A stretch of 64,000 nucleotides of DNA, taken from NCBI GenBank assembly GCA_045837725.1, contig JBEWZL010000298.1:1-64000 (forward strand). The letters are read 5' to 3'. Positions 1-12,301 of this stretch are shown here, in pieces (the stretch's first letter is position 1; every line of letters begins with the position of its first letter). The notes under the pieces were generated by a model. That model was given only the letters and a program-made list of their open reading frames with translations. It was not told the DNA's origin and ran no database searches. Source of the stretch: Vermamoeba vermiformis (Eukaryota). Both the position numbers and the translations under genes were made by a program.

Positions 1-222
1 GCACCCCAAGAGTTCAAACAAGACATTGTTTCAGGTGCAAAATGGCTGGTGACAAGCTACATGTGTTTGGGAAAGAGTATTCTTTTTTGGATAATAATTT
101 GCTTGCCCTGAGCCATTGGAAAAATTCAAATTTGCTTTGTTTTTTGTTTGAGTTTTTAATGTTTTATTAATTCAGTTTTTACAAATTGTTACAGAAATAT
201 TAATATCAATTGAATTTCTCAA

Positions 223-3200
223 TTAGGACTCAGAAGTCATTTCTTCACTGTTATTTGAGAGAGAATCTGATTGGCTTTCACCTTCCTCCAAGTTAACTTT
301 AGCATTGTCAATAGGTTGAGCAGGGGCCTGTGCAGTAGCTTGAGTCTTAATGCCCAATGACTTCTCTTTGTCTGTGTCAACAGGTAAGCATCAACCGTCC
401 TAGAAAATGGCCATTAATTACCTTTTATCTTGCCCTCCAAAATGTCACGTTGAGCCTCAAGAGTGGCCAACTGTTTCTTCATAGATTCAAGCTCATCTGG
501 TGCATGCCAAGTCAGAACTGTCATGTTATGATATCATATATGATGCACATGTACCTCCATTGCTCGCTGAAGAGCCACTGCTCGTGGTTCCAAACGTCAT
601 GACATTCTCACGCTTGCTGAAATCTTTCTTGCCTGTGAGCACGTAGTACACTTTAGGAATGAACAAGATGGCCACTGTAGCGATGATACCCCACAAGAAC
701 GCAACAGATCTGAGATTTCGAGAGTTGGAATCTTTGTACATCAACAGTCGAAACACTTACCTTAAAAGAAAATCCAAGTTTCTGTCGCTGATACGAATGA
801 GATAGAGAATCAACAGAATGAGACCAGCGAAACACAAGTTGTAGTTGGTGAGAAGAATGAAACGAGCTTCATTGTATTCACTTCGCACTTTACGAGAACG
901 AATTCCAATGACAGTACCTGCAATGATCAACAAACCCTGCAGAGTGGTTCAGTATTACTTATAACAATCAAAGTCAAGCCGTGACTTACGTTGTAGACGA
1001 TCAATGTGATGGCGAAAGGCAGTTCGTTCTCATTAGAACAAGTGCGATAGTTGTTGACGGGACGAGCTGGATCCGGAATGTTATTCACTGCACGAGGAGT
1101 GAAAGCAGCGGACCAAATGGTCAACACGATCTATTCAATAGAACACATTAATCAAGGAGTTTAAACAGTCAATCAAACTCACAATCTCAGCTGCCACCAT
1201 GATAGCGACAAATCTGAACACAACAATGTTGGGCAGCTTGAGCACTTTCAACTTCTTGTACGTGAAAATGCGCCAAATACGCCACGTCTTGGCCAACAAG
1301 TTTCTGCGATGCATTATTAGTGAATGAAGGCGTCCCTTGAAATTGGTTAATTACCCGTAAATCATTGAAAATCCCACGCCCATCAACCAATAGCGCAAGT
1401 TGCAGGCCGCGTCGTCCATTTCCATCGTCCAAAAGAAGACTACAAGGGATTAGCAAACGATAGTACGAGTGATAGCATAGATGACTTACTGCCGGCAAAC
1501 ATGATTACAGCGCCGAGCAGAATGAGTTCGCAAAACAAGAGCGATGAAGCAATGATTTGAGGTCGTTTGCGCCACACAAAGAACAAAATCATCAGTGCAA
1601 TGGTCGCCAAACCACAAATGCCCGAGATAACCACAATGCCCAATTCAGCGGGTGTCGAGTACCACGCGATCACTTGCACACGTTCGGTCCAGTCAGGCAT
1701 GGGATAGATCACTGCACTCGCCGACGAGGCAATCGGCGCCACGATCTGATCGACATTGTCAACATCGACTTGTACAATAGCGCCGAGCGACGTTGCAATT
1801 TGACCAAAGGGCGAGAACTGCACTTGACCGTAGAAAGTGACCAGGTTGGCTTGATTTAACTTCTCCATCAGCGCGTCCTTGTTCGTGGGCGAGTCAATAG
1901 ACTCAGCTGCAACTTGCAAGATCATCGCACCGGCATACATTTGCGCGCCTTGGTACCTGCGCAAAGTTAGGCATGCATAAAACTATTGCAGTAACGTGAC
2001 TTACGTAGGCTCTTCATCATATTCATTCACATAGTCCAAGTAGAACAGCTCAGCACTGCCCTGAGAAGCGGTCTTGGGATAGTGTTGAGCACGTGACAGC
2101 CCATTCTCGCTGTTCGTACGGTCACTCAGACGTCTGTCCCACTGCACTGGACCAGTCACGTATCTAGCGCCTATGATTAGAGTTGCTTTTCATTAGTTCT
2201 CCTTAGTGCTCACCTTCCATCTTGACCGAGAGCAGCTTGGTACTGTTTAATACTGCCCAAGCAGACCGACAGAATGATAGCGTTAGGAGCCCAGTTAATT
2301 TCCTTCGAAATATTGACGAACTGTTGGCAAGCGAGATCGTAAGTGCCACCAATAACGATATCTGTTTCACTTAGTACGAGGAAAACGTTAACAAAAACAA
2401 TTTTACCAGGATTCAGATCGCGGATCTGTTCCGTCATGTTCTTGATGGCGGCAGTGTTGTCGGTAGTATAGGTAGATACACGAGGCAATTGGAAGGTCTT
2501 GAGCACATCAATGCTGTTATCACTGCAAGCTGCCAGTGCTCCGTCAGCCATACCACTATGGTAATTTGTTAACTCAACGCCATCCGCGACGAAAATAACT
2601 CACTTAGTAAAGGCAGCATTCTCCGAAAATACTACAGCAGTCTTTGCTCCAGCGACACGCATTAAAGATATGGCCGAAGGGAAATACGTCGTGGAGCCTA
2701 CAGATTCGCAACGTAAGTCTTTCGATTATTAATTATTTTAAACTTACCGGCAACAGTTCCTACAAGGTAGTTAAATCTTCTACCTGTCGTGGCAGTGCAA
2801 GGAGCAAGCTTCTTCGAATCACAAATGAAAATGTTTTCGGATGCCGCTCCACCTGCAACGGTACAAAATTAAATTAAAGCATCCAAAATATATATATATA
2901 TGCCAAACGGGTTTACCTGCTATTGTGGGCAATCCTGCAGCCTCAGTAATTAAAGCGGCAACAGGGGTGAGATCAGAACTGTACGGAGCGAAAACCGCAT
3001 GGATTTGTCCGTATACACCATTTACAACGTTTTGTGTCTCGTTCTTGGTCTTATTATTAAATTCTGCATCGATAGTAGATCCCACGTCGATATCAACAAC
3101 TTCAACAGTATAATTTTGGCCGTTGATCAGAAATCCGCCTCGCGCGTTTGTGTTCTTTTCCCACAAGTGCATCGCGTTGACCATAGGGACTACAATGGAC

Positions 3201-3319
3201 TTGAATTTGCCGGTAACAGGTTGAATATTGGCAATTCTGAACTTCTGCTGAGCTGCAACGGCATCCAGGTACAGAGCCGCGACAAAGATCAATAAAACAA
3301 AATACTGCTTTTTGATCAT
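223..3319 (-). CDS. Class C (GABA-B/Grl-like) GPCR: signal peptide, periplasmic-binding/Venus flytrap domain, 7TM domain
   Basis: Multi-exon. Signal peptide MIKKQYFVLLIFVAALYLDAVAA; PBP-like exons (VFAPYSSDLT; LVTFYGQVQFSPFGQ); class C TM motifs IIASSLLFCELILLG, KTWRIWRIF, YNEARFI, LFIPK; last exon ends ...EEMTSES-TAA at 223. Confidence 0.9.
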
Positions 3320-3535
3320 TTGGGCCACGCAAACGAATATTTGTATGTTGCTATTCGTTCTTTACAGATCAAATAATGAGCAACATAATTTTTTGTACCG
3401 GTTATGTGGCGCCCGAGTTAAAGAGAGACTTCGCCAAATTTGGAAATCGAACATGTTGTGAGACTCCGAAGGTGACTCTCGTTCCTGTTACTGTCATTGC
3501 TCTGAGCCAATCGAATCCAAGCCATTTCTTTGCCT

Positions 3536-5154
3536 TTATAAGTCGATTTTTTTGCCTTGCTCCAGATCGTCCTCCACAAACAAGACTTGGTCGCTCGAAA
3601 TAGCTGTTTGCTCTGTTCCTCTTAGCTTAGTCCACGCGCGACCGGCAACTACGCGTGTATATCTCCAACGAGCTTTGAGTGCTTTGTGCATACTTGAAGG
3701 AGCGTTGAAGGATCGCATCCGCGCAAGTGTTTTGGCTTCGATGAACTCTTTGGCCAGGGCACCCATGATACCACGCATGCCAAATGAGGCCCACTGGAAC
3801 TGACCTGACCATGGTCCTAATGCTACAGCCACGCGAGAAGCAGGCTGGCCCATGCTCGACAACGGCAGTCCGTGTTCTAGCGCTGAAATATTCTCAGCGA
3901 CAACAGCGCCCTGATGTTCAGCGTGTTGCGCCATCTTAGGCCAATCAACTGCTGCAACATCGCCGCATGCAAAGACATGAGAAAGGGTAGTGTCGTCAGT
4001 CACCTGAGTGGTCGCAGTAGACACGACTTGCAAGTACTGATTCACCGTAACATAACCGCGCTCGTTGATCACGTGCTTGAAGTGCTCGTTCATGAACGAA
4101 GTGTTCGGCTTAGAGCCCGCACAGAAGAAGGATACATCAGCCTCGATGATTGCACCAGTGCTTGTGATGAATGAATAGGCGTGGTCACTGGTGTTCGGCA
4201 CACGTTTGACAATCTTTTGACCGAGCATGACACGCACATTGCGAGACTCGAGCCATTGTTGTGCATGCTGGCCCATGTGCACGGGCAATTCGGGCATTAG
4301 TCGGTCAGTGGATTGTACGAGCGTCACTTGCAACGAACCGAACTGCGCGTCCACTGCAATCTCAGCAGCGAGTTCAGTGCCCGTGAGTCCACCGCCAATA
4401 ACGAGCACGTGACGGGCTCTGCCTGATTCCTCTTTTTGAGACCTGACAGAACTGCATTAGACTTGGAGTGCAATGCCAGAACTGACGTACATTACGACTT
4501 GAATGGTTCGATGAGCCGCACGCATAGCTTCACTTGTTTGACAGCAAATTAGCGGTGTAGTGCCATCGAGTTCCAGTTCAGGTGGTATGCGATAACTAGA
4601 GCCGGATGCGACGACGAGATAGTCGAACGGGATCTGCTGCGTAGTAGTCAAGCTGACATGATAAGGAGTCGCATGGTCCACACGTCCGACGACTACATTG
4701 ACGTGCGGCAAGTAGCTTTTGTGCAGTCTGTTGATCTCTTGCATTTTGTGGGGCTGAACCAACACGCGCAACACGCTCGGTGTAAATTCAAAGTGCGCTT
4801 TGTCGTCGATCAGCGTCACGTGACATTCGCGGGCTAGCAGGTGTGCTGCATAACTGCCTGAAAATCCTCCACCGATAATGACTACTCGTGCACGTGATAG
4901 CTTTGGCTCCTTAGTAAACGGATGAGTCGGAATTATTTTCGAAATAATAGTAAAAATCAGTTACTATTTAATATTTCAATAAATATTTGTTATCATACCT
5001 CTGCTCCACGCCACCACTTTACAATATTTGTTGTAGCTGGTAAACGCAATCTTGGATCGAAATATAGAACTTTGTAGAGATAGAACAATACAATCAATCC
5101 TGTATGACAGATCCAAAAAAATGCGGAGTAAAATTTGTTGATTAAATAGTTCAT
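3536..5154 (-). CDS. AIFM2/FSP1-like FAD/NAD(P)H oxidoreductase with N-terminal hydrophobic segment
   Basis: Two Rossmann motifs (IIGGGFSG; VIGGGLTGTELAAE), FDYLVVASGS, VFACGD; GT-AG introns; ATG taken at MNYLINKF. Confidence 0.85.
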
Positions 5155-5373
5155 TCGTAATACAGTCCACCAATCCAATCCGTGTCAGATCGACGTCATC
5201 CAAACCAAAATATTCGTATTGATCCTAATCCTTTTGTGGTAGCTATTACATATTATTGTATTAATGAGCGTTGTTGTCTGGGAGAAACTTTTTTTTCACC
5301 GCGCCAAAAGTTTCGGAAGTGTCTTTCTCTTTATTTGTTTTTGGATCTAGAAACTAACAGCACGTGCTGCAAA

Positions 5374-7764
5374 ATGAGATCTGTATTATTAATAAGCGTG
5401 GTGCTTGCAATCTGCTTCTCTATCGTGAGCTGCGTGCCCGCGAACGGCGTTTATGTGTCATTAAGAAGTGATATTATGAAAGAAATTGGCGAAGGTAATC
5501 ATGATATTAATTATCGGAATATTTTATAAATAATAACACGATAAATATTGGTTAAGCAAACCCGATCGTTTCTGAAACAATTCGTTGTTTTAACAGATAT
5601 TTATCCTTAAAATCAGTTTAATTACTAAAGATTACGCGATATTACGAATTTATATTAACGCGACGATCGATTAAGTTAACTCTAATAATTTGCCGCAGAC
5701 TTGTCACTAGAAATTGCTGATGTCGCCAACACCTACACCGCCACACCTGCTGTTAGTGGCGAGACTAGTGAAGTGAAATATACATTAAGCAACTTTTTAT
5801 ACGATATTGATTTGGAGGACTTTTATTACAACAACGGAGCCCCAACGAACACTTTTGGTTGGGCATCTTTTGACTTCATCTTTCAGGTACGTCTAATGTT
5901 ATAGCTTGTTATTACGACGCGTGTTTAAATAACAAACTCTAATGAAGTTCAATTACCACGTTTGCGCTCGCATTTGGCCGAATCCGTGCGAGGACGGCTG
6001 GGTCATAGTCTACACAACTGACAATCAAGTCAACCTGCAATTGAGTATGTATATTTATGCCATTGATCTTAACAATGTATCTTATTTATTCTATTAGCTG
6101 CCAATGTCTTGCTCAACCAACCTCGAGTCAACATCCAAGTTACTGCTGCCAACTTGCTGTTCCAACAGGGCGATATCGACATTTACGTGCAATGCACATC
6201 TACTTTGTGCATTATTCCAGTACGCGAAATTATAATTTGATTGTCCACGCTAACTGTTTCAGGTCGGCGACATTTCAAATGCCATTGCGCAACAATTCGT
6301 CCCTACATTCCAATCTGGTATCGTGACCATTGCCAATACCGCTTTGAACAACAAGGTCAACACGTATCCTACTACTATTGCCCTTCCTGAGTACGGATTG
6401 AGCTTGAACCTGGCTGGTGGATTTGAATTCTTGCCTGCTCAAGCTGACGCCAACCTCGTGATGTATGGTGAAGGTAAACCGACATATCCTCGTAATCGCA
6501 TCTCTAATGACTTAAGGTGTCTTTGAAAACGGCATCAAGAATCCCCCAAGCAATCCTCTGGTCGCTCCTCCAGATTCAGTTTTTACCAATCCGAGTCCCT
6601 TGCAAATCGTCGTTACGCAAGATCTGGTCGACGACTTGTTATTTGCTATTGCCACTGGTAAGTAGTTCGCCTGATTAGTCCATACCAAATCTAACCAATG
6701 ACGTCTAGATCCTCAGTACGTGGACATGATTACCAACCAAAACTTGCCTGCGGACAGGTAACTACGACATTAGCACATGCAATACGTACTCACAACATTC
6801 ACATAGTCCCGTGGTGTTGAACACGAACAGTTTCTTCTGGCAGTCCGTGGCACCAGGCCTCTCGCAGTACCCCAACACGAATATGAGTGTAGCGCTCAAA
6901 TTGGCCTCAAAGTCTGCTGTGTTGATCGAAGGTGGAGGTACGAGCACGTTAAATATTATAATTAGTTGCTAATAACGTCTAGGTCCTATTTTCGGTCAGT
7001 TGGCAATTTATGCTACGTTCAACCTGCTCAGCGGATCGACTGCTAAGCCGGCCTTCACCTTGGAGATTGATGTGTATCCTAATGTGTTGCTCTCTGTTAA
7101 GATGGTATGGCTAATTAGTTCATTAATCGTTGCTTATTCTAATTGCTGAAACAGATCGGTGCCAACACGTTGTTCGTCAACACCACTATTTCTACCTGGG
7201 GCTCACCTAACATTACTGTATTGAGCACTAGTGTCGGTGCGTATATTCAACAACTATAAGACCTCATAACACAAGTACTAAACATACGCTCAGGTTCCGT
7301 GAGCACGTTCGCCTTCACCTTTGCAATGAGTGGAATCCTCGCCCTGATCCCTTCACCGACCTTCAACTTGCCTATTCCTCCAGGTATGCATGGTCAATAT
7401 GATTTGAATACCCGATATTAATTATACGACTATGGTACAGAATTCGCGATGTCAGATCCGACTCTCCAATACGGCGTTGGTTACCTCGTTCTTGGTGCCA
7501 ATGCGCAGTATTTGACGCCTATTAATAGTATTACGTGCCCTGATGGCATTAAGAAGTGTCCTCTTCAAAACACCTGCTGCAAGTGGGGATGTAAGCAGCG
7601 GATCTCATCCGTAGTTTATGATAATTAATTATTATTTTGTAGCTTCGTACGGCTGCTGTACCTTACCGAATGCTAATTGTTGCGACTCCGGCTGCTGTGG
7701 TCAATTCTACCAATGCGTTAATGGAGGTTGTGCGCCAACTTCAGAAGTCAATTTGGGGATCTAA
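5374..7764 (+). CDS. Secreted BPI/LBP (TULIP)-like lipid-binding protein with C-terminal granulin-like domain
   Basis: Signal peptide, then NGVYVSLRSDIMKEIG (resembles the BPI N-terminal strand-helix), many short beta-rich exons, and a terminal C-C-CC-CC-CC-CC-C-C module. The BPI call is by resemblance only. Confidence 0.6.
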
Positions 7765-7952
7765 GCCCCAACGCAATGAATATAAACTGGGGCCAATTTA
7801 TTTAACCATATCACCGCGCGTTGATTTTTGAGACTTTTGGGTCCGACAAAAAGAGAAAAAGGCAAGATTTGGGGCTGCATCGGCAAGTACAAAAGCAATT
7901 GCTTTGATTCTATTTAAATTGATCAGTTACGCAACGAAACAACTACCTCAAT

Positions 7953-9757
7953 ATGTTATCCGCCATTTTAGCTCTAGCAGGGTCATCGCTGATTGTTTTG
8001 CTTGTCTTCAAGAGGCTCGCATCCATCAGATCTTCCAAGTCCTCTCTTGAAACAGTCAGCACTTTTTCAATCATCAAAAACAAAGGCCAACTGCGCACAT
8101 ATCTTAATAACAGAATTCTTAATAGCAAGACGAGGTTTGTTCAACTGAATATGCCTGGTTCACCAACAATTGTCATTAAAGATCCAGAAGACGCGAAGGT
8201 AAGCAATCAGAGTCACCAAAAAAACATATTCTGACGACGATTAGGTTATTCTATCTCAACCAGAACAATTTGTTAAGGCCGCTCCTCCTTTCACCAAGAT
8301 CTTGACGGATTTGTTAACTCCCTCGATTGTAGCTAGCAATGGCCAAGAATGGAGGTAAAATTTCAAGTACCCTACCCTTTACAATAGCTTACATAATATA
8401 GACGATTCCGTGAGGTCTTAAGTCACCCTTTCCATTTCGACCAAGTCAAGGAATGGGTCAACGATTTCGACCAGCTAGGCGACCAGTTACTTGATATTTG
8501 GGCTGAAAATCACTCCAATCAACCTCTCGAAGTAGTATCATGGCTCGCCCGCTTCACTGTTGATGTTCTTGGCCGCACTGTGTTCAGCACGAACTTCCAT
8601 GCCATGCAAGGCAAGACAGATAAAATCTCGCAGTATCTCGGTGAGATTGTACGACGTGTTGCCAACCCCACCGAGCTCATTGCTGGCGCCGTAAGTTTAA
8701 ACGACAACGCAATTCAAATGGGCGTTCTATAACCTCGAAACAGATCGAGCGAGTGACTGGCTACAACGTCGCTTTTGAAACCACGAGACAGTGCAATGAA
8801 ATAAGAGACATCTTTCAAGCGATGATTGATGAGCGAAGACGCATCTTGAAAGAAGCTGGTCCGAATCACGTGCCAAGCATCATTGATGTTATGATTCAAA
8901 GTAACGCCAATCTCAACGCAAACGAGGTACGCTGCGCGATATGTTAATTTGCACGATCTAATGGTCATCAATAGCTTATCACCAACGTATTGGTCATCTT
9001 CATTGCTGGGTATGACACCACAGCAACAGCGTTGAGCTTTTTGATGTACTACTTGGGCCAACATCCAGACATTCAACAGCGAGCCCGTGAAGAGATCAAC
9101 ACAGTGCTGAAAGGCAAGAAGATAGCTTCGAGCGATCTACGCTCGGTATGTACCGCTTTTGATTGTCTGATTTGCTACCTACTGACCCTTGCTCTGCAGT
9201 TACCTTATTTGACAGCCGTCATCAAAGAAGGCATGAGAATTCAACCGCCTGTTGGCCTCATCCCTGCTCGTGCAGCGGAAACTGATGTTGAATACGGAGG
9301 CGTTACATTTACTAAAGGCGTAAGCGACAACATGCTCAGTCACTGGGATCGCGTACTGACGCCGTGTGCAGACACAGGTTTGGCTAAGTACCTATGGCCT
9401 CCATCACAATCCAGAGTTGTGGCCTAGCCCCGAACGCTTCGACCCCGACAGATTCTACGTCAAGAACGAAGAAAATTCGAGACGACACCCCTTTGCTTAC
9501 ATGCCGTTCAGCATGAAGTCACGTGCTTGGTGAGCAGATTTTTTCTTAAATTTCCATTCTATAGCTAATGATGAATATGAAGTTTGGGCAATCAGTTCTC
9601 GTTAGTTGAGCAAACCGTATTTATGTGCTCGTTGTTGTCTCGCTTCCAGTGGACCTCGTCAGAACTCGAAGAAACAGCAGATCCCGTAGTCTCGAAACCG
9701 AATCGAGTCGTAGTGCAGTTAAAACCTATTGTAAATCCATCGCCATCATCCTTGTAA
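7953..9757 (+). CDS. Cytochrome P450
   Basis: N-terminal anchor, I-helix FIAGYDTT, ExxR (EGMR), PERF, heme loop FSMKSRAC(LG) spanning an intron. Confidence 0.95.
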
Positions 9758-9832
9758 ATAAAACAATCGAAATCCTTCCAAAATTAAAGAAATTCTGCGT
9801 CTGCTTTATTTAGCCTTGATCAATCAACAACG

Positions 9833-10770
9833 ATGGCAACAAAGTGGCAGGAAGGAGACAGATTAAAATTTATTACAACATTCGGTGAAGAGATCATTGG
9901 AAAAGTATTCGTTCACGAGCCCGAGACAAACACTTTAGTGATTCGTATCCTGACTTGCAACCACCTTTTATAGCCCATTAATATTTTATAAATTAATGAT
10001 AAAGTATGCTACGACTACAGCTATTTTTATATGCTTAGTTGATTTATTTAAATATTTCAAAAAAATTTATTAATTATTGTAAAGCCGTCCACGCGTTAAA
10101 ACCTGCTTATTCCTTAACCATTTACCTTCTTATTAAACAGAGGAAGCTTCATTTAAAAGCAAAAGGAATTTCAGAGTTATTAATGCACAATACATTGATC
10201 GGACCGCACCGGCCCCAGAAGAGCAAAACGAGCTTCACAGGCGAGAGGAAGATTTAATTAAAGTTGGACAGTTGAATTTGAAGCTATTAAGACAGTAAGT
10301 CAATATACACAAACGCCCCAAGTAGATTCTGAACGACTTTTTATCGTCTTCTAGACGAGAGGACGAAGCACTCGCAAAAGCCCAACAAAGTGTTAATAAG
10401 CTCGGCCAAGGTGTTAGTGCCCTTGCGCAAATTGTTTTTAATGAATTAGACAAAATGTAAGTAGTTTTCTGGTCCAAATCACATCTGTCACTCGACTCAC
10501 AGTACGCAGTTTACCGTGCCGATGGGAAGGCCAATCAATAGTAGTTATGAACGCAGTTCGTGTGGAGTCCCCGTACACGCTCGATGCATGCGTTGCAGTG
10601 ACCTCTACAGGCCAACGATCACTAGCTCAAGTTCAGAAAGTGGTACGTGCTGGTGGCTAGATCTGGGCACTTGTGCACCAGTGGTTTACTAATTTTTACT
10701 CACGCAATATTCATAGGTTGAAGGCGCACGAAAGAAGATCGAAAAACAAAACCCCGAACTGTTAAAATAG
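9833..10770 (+). CDS. LSM12: LSM12 homolog (Lsm domain + anticodon-binding domain)
   Basis: Spliced product MATKWQEGDRLKFITTFGEEIIGKVF...GQGVSALAQIVFNELDKILPCRWEGQSIVVMNAVRVESPY...SLAQVQKV matches the LSM12 pattern. Confidence 0.85.
9945..10140 (+). other. U12-type (minor spliceosome) GT-AG intron in LSM12
   Basis: 5' splice site GTATCCTG, branch site TCCTTAAC at 10111-10118; removal keeps the frame (VI-Q-EASF). Confidence 0.85.
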
Positions 10771-11179
10771 CCAATGTAATTAAAAGTACCCTTTCAAATT
10801 GTAACTATTGCAGAGCCATCCGCATCATGCAGAGAAGTGGAGTGATAACGCTTTCGTAATAACTTGATATCAATAACACCTCGGTGGTGCCTCAGTTCAT
10901 CTTACTTTGGTTCAGGTACGTAGATGCGGATCATTCGTTACTTTCGATTTTCTTCCAAAACCACCCTGCCCACAGTATTGCTGATCACTGCATGAATGGT
11001 ACGTCAATGCATTAAATGATCGAAACAAAATAACCTTCCGCGGCAGAGCAATCGAGTTTCACGGCCAATGGTGTACTTCAGAACATTGTGACGGGCGTCA
11101 AATCAAAATGATTGACAGGAGAGCCATAAAAATCGTCAATGTTCGTGTCTCATTTCAAATCCTTTCTTCCACGACAACC

Positions 11180-11992
11180 ATGAGAACCGTCTTGCTCGTA
11201 TTGTTTGCTTGCGTCGCCTTGTCGACTGCTCAATTTTGCGTTAACACTCCGGGCAGCTGCCTTCGCTTGCGAGGTAATCCCAGCTTGAACGGTGCTGTTA
11301 TTACTTGCGCCCCTCACGGTGCTCGTCTTACCTCCGACAACCAACAACGCGTTGCTGATGGCATGAACTGGCGTCGTGTCAAGTAAGAAACTAGAAGATT
11401 CGATCATAGGAAATTTTGACATTTCAATTTAATTGAGCTTGTTTACCGTTAAAAACGGTCTCAAAAATTATTGTAGATTCATCATAACATTAATTGCGCT
11501 TCGTTATATTAATCGAATTAATTTAGCCACAACGGCAACTGGGGATGGGCTGCTGCTCAATTCCTTCAAAACTGCGGTGCCTCTCCTCCTCCCCCTGCCG
11601 GTGGCGGTGGTGCTATTGGTGACTTGAACCGCTTCCCCACTTCCTACTCTACCAGCGGCTTCACCTTCACTGGTCGTCGTGCTCAAGTCCTCCACTTTTT
11701 GCGCGAGAGATTTGGTGCCAGCGCTACCACTTACAGCAGCCACTCCAACGGTCCTCTTGGCTCTGCTGATCTCTGGACTCAAGGTGCTCGTTGGGCTGTT
11801 GACAACAGAAACATGCCTCAAATGAACGCCATGGCTGACTTCATTGCTGCCAATCTGCGCGCTCTTAGCACTACTTACGTTATCTGGAGACAACGTATCT
11901 TCCACGTCAACAACCCTCAATGGAGACAGATGGAGAACAGAGGTTCAATCACCCAGAACCACTTCGACCACGTTCACATTACCTTCGCTTAA
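11180..11992 (+). CDS. Secreted SH3b + ARB_07466-like (LAS/M15-type Zn peptidase fold) putative cell-wall hydrolase
   Basis: Signal peptide; SH3b-like LRLRGNPSLNGAVI...WRRVNHNGNWGW; Pro/Gly linker; C-terminal H..D motif and YVIWRQRI...RGSITQNHFDHVHITF; one intron 11383-11526. Confidence 0.85.
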
Positions 11993-12301
11993 ACCTCCCT
12001 GTTATATGGTTTGAGTTTTTGTTAATCTACAGTGTGTACCTATGGCCCTTCCTCCTTAATATATAAAGCATGGTGCATTGTCATGCGAAACGAGTTCTTC
12101 ACTTCACTTTACGTAATCCCTTTTGGTCTGTTTGTCTATTGACACAAGCGTGTCTGACTCAGTTACTCAATTAGTATCCTGTTTGTGTCGTGTATTCGCC
12201 ACTCGGAAGCACATCCTTCGTGTTCTGGTCTATTTCTCCAAATAGCCACCAATAAAAAGATTTCGAACACGGCGGTGATTAATTTTTTTGCGCGCGTCAG
12301 A

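Noticed and set aside
5154-5199. Upstream ATG with in-frame TGA before the AIFM2-like gene (possible readthrough or selenocysteine)
   Set aside because: Only a 4-codon uORF; a downstream ATG gives a sensible start, and no SECIS or redox motif is evident.
11504-11920. Antisense 138-aa ORF
   Set aside because: Shadow of the codon-biased peptidase exon on the + strand.
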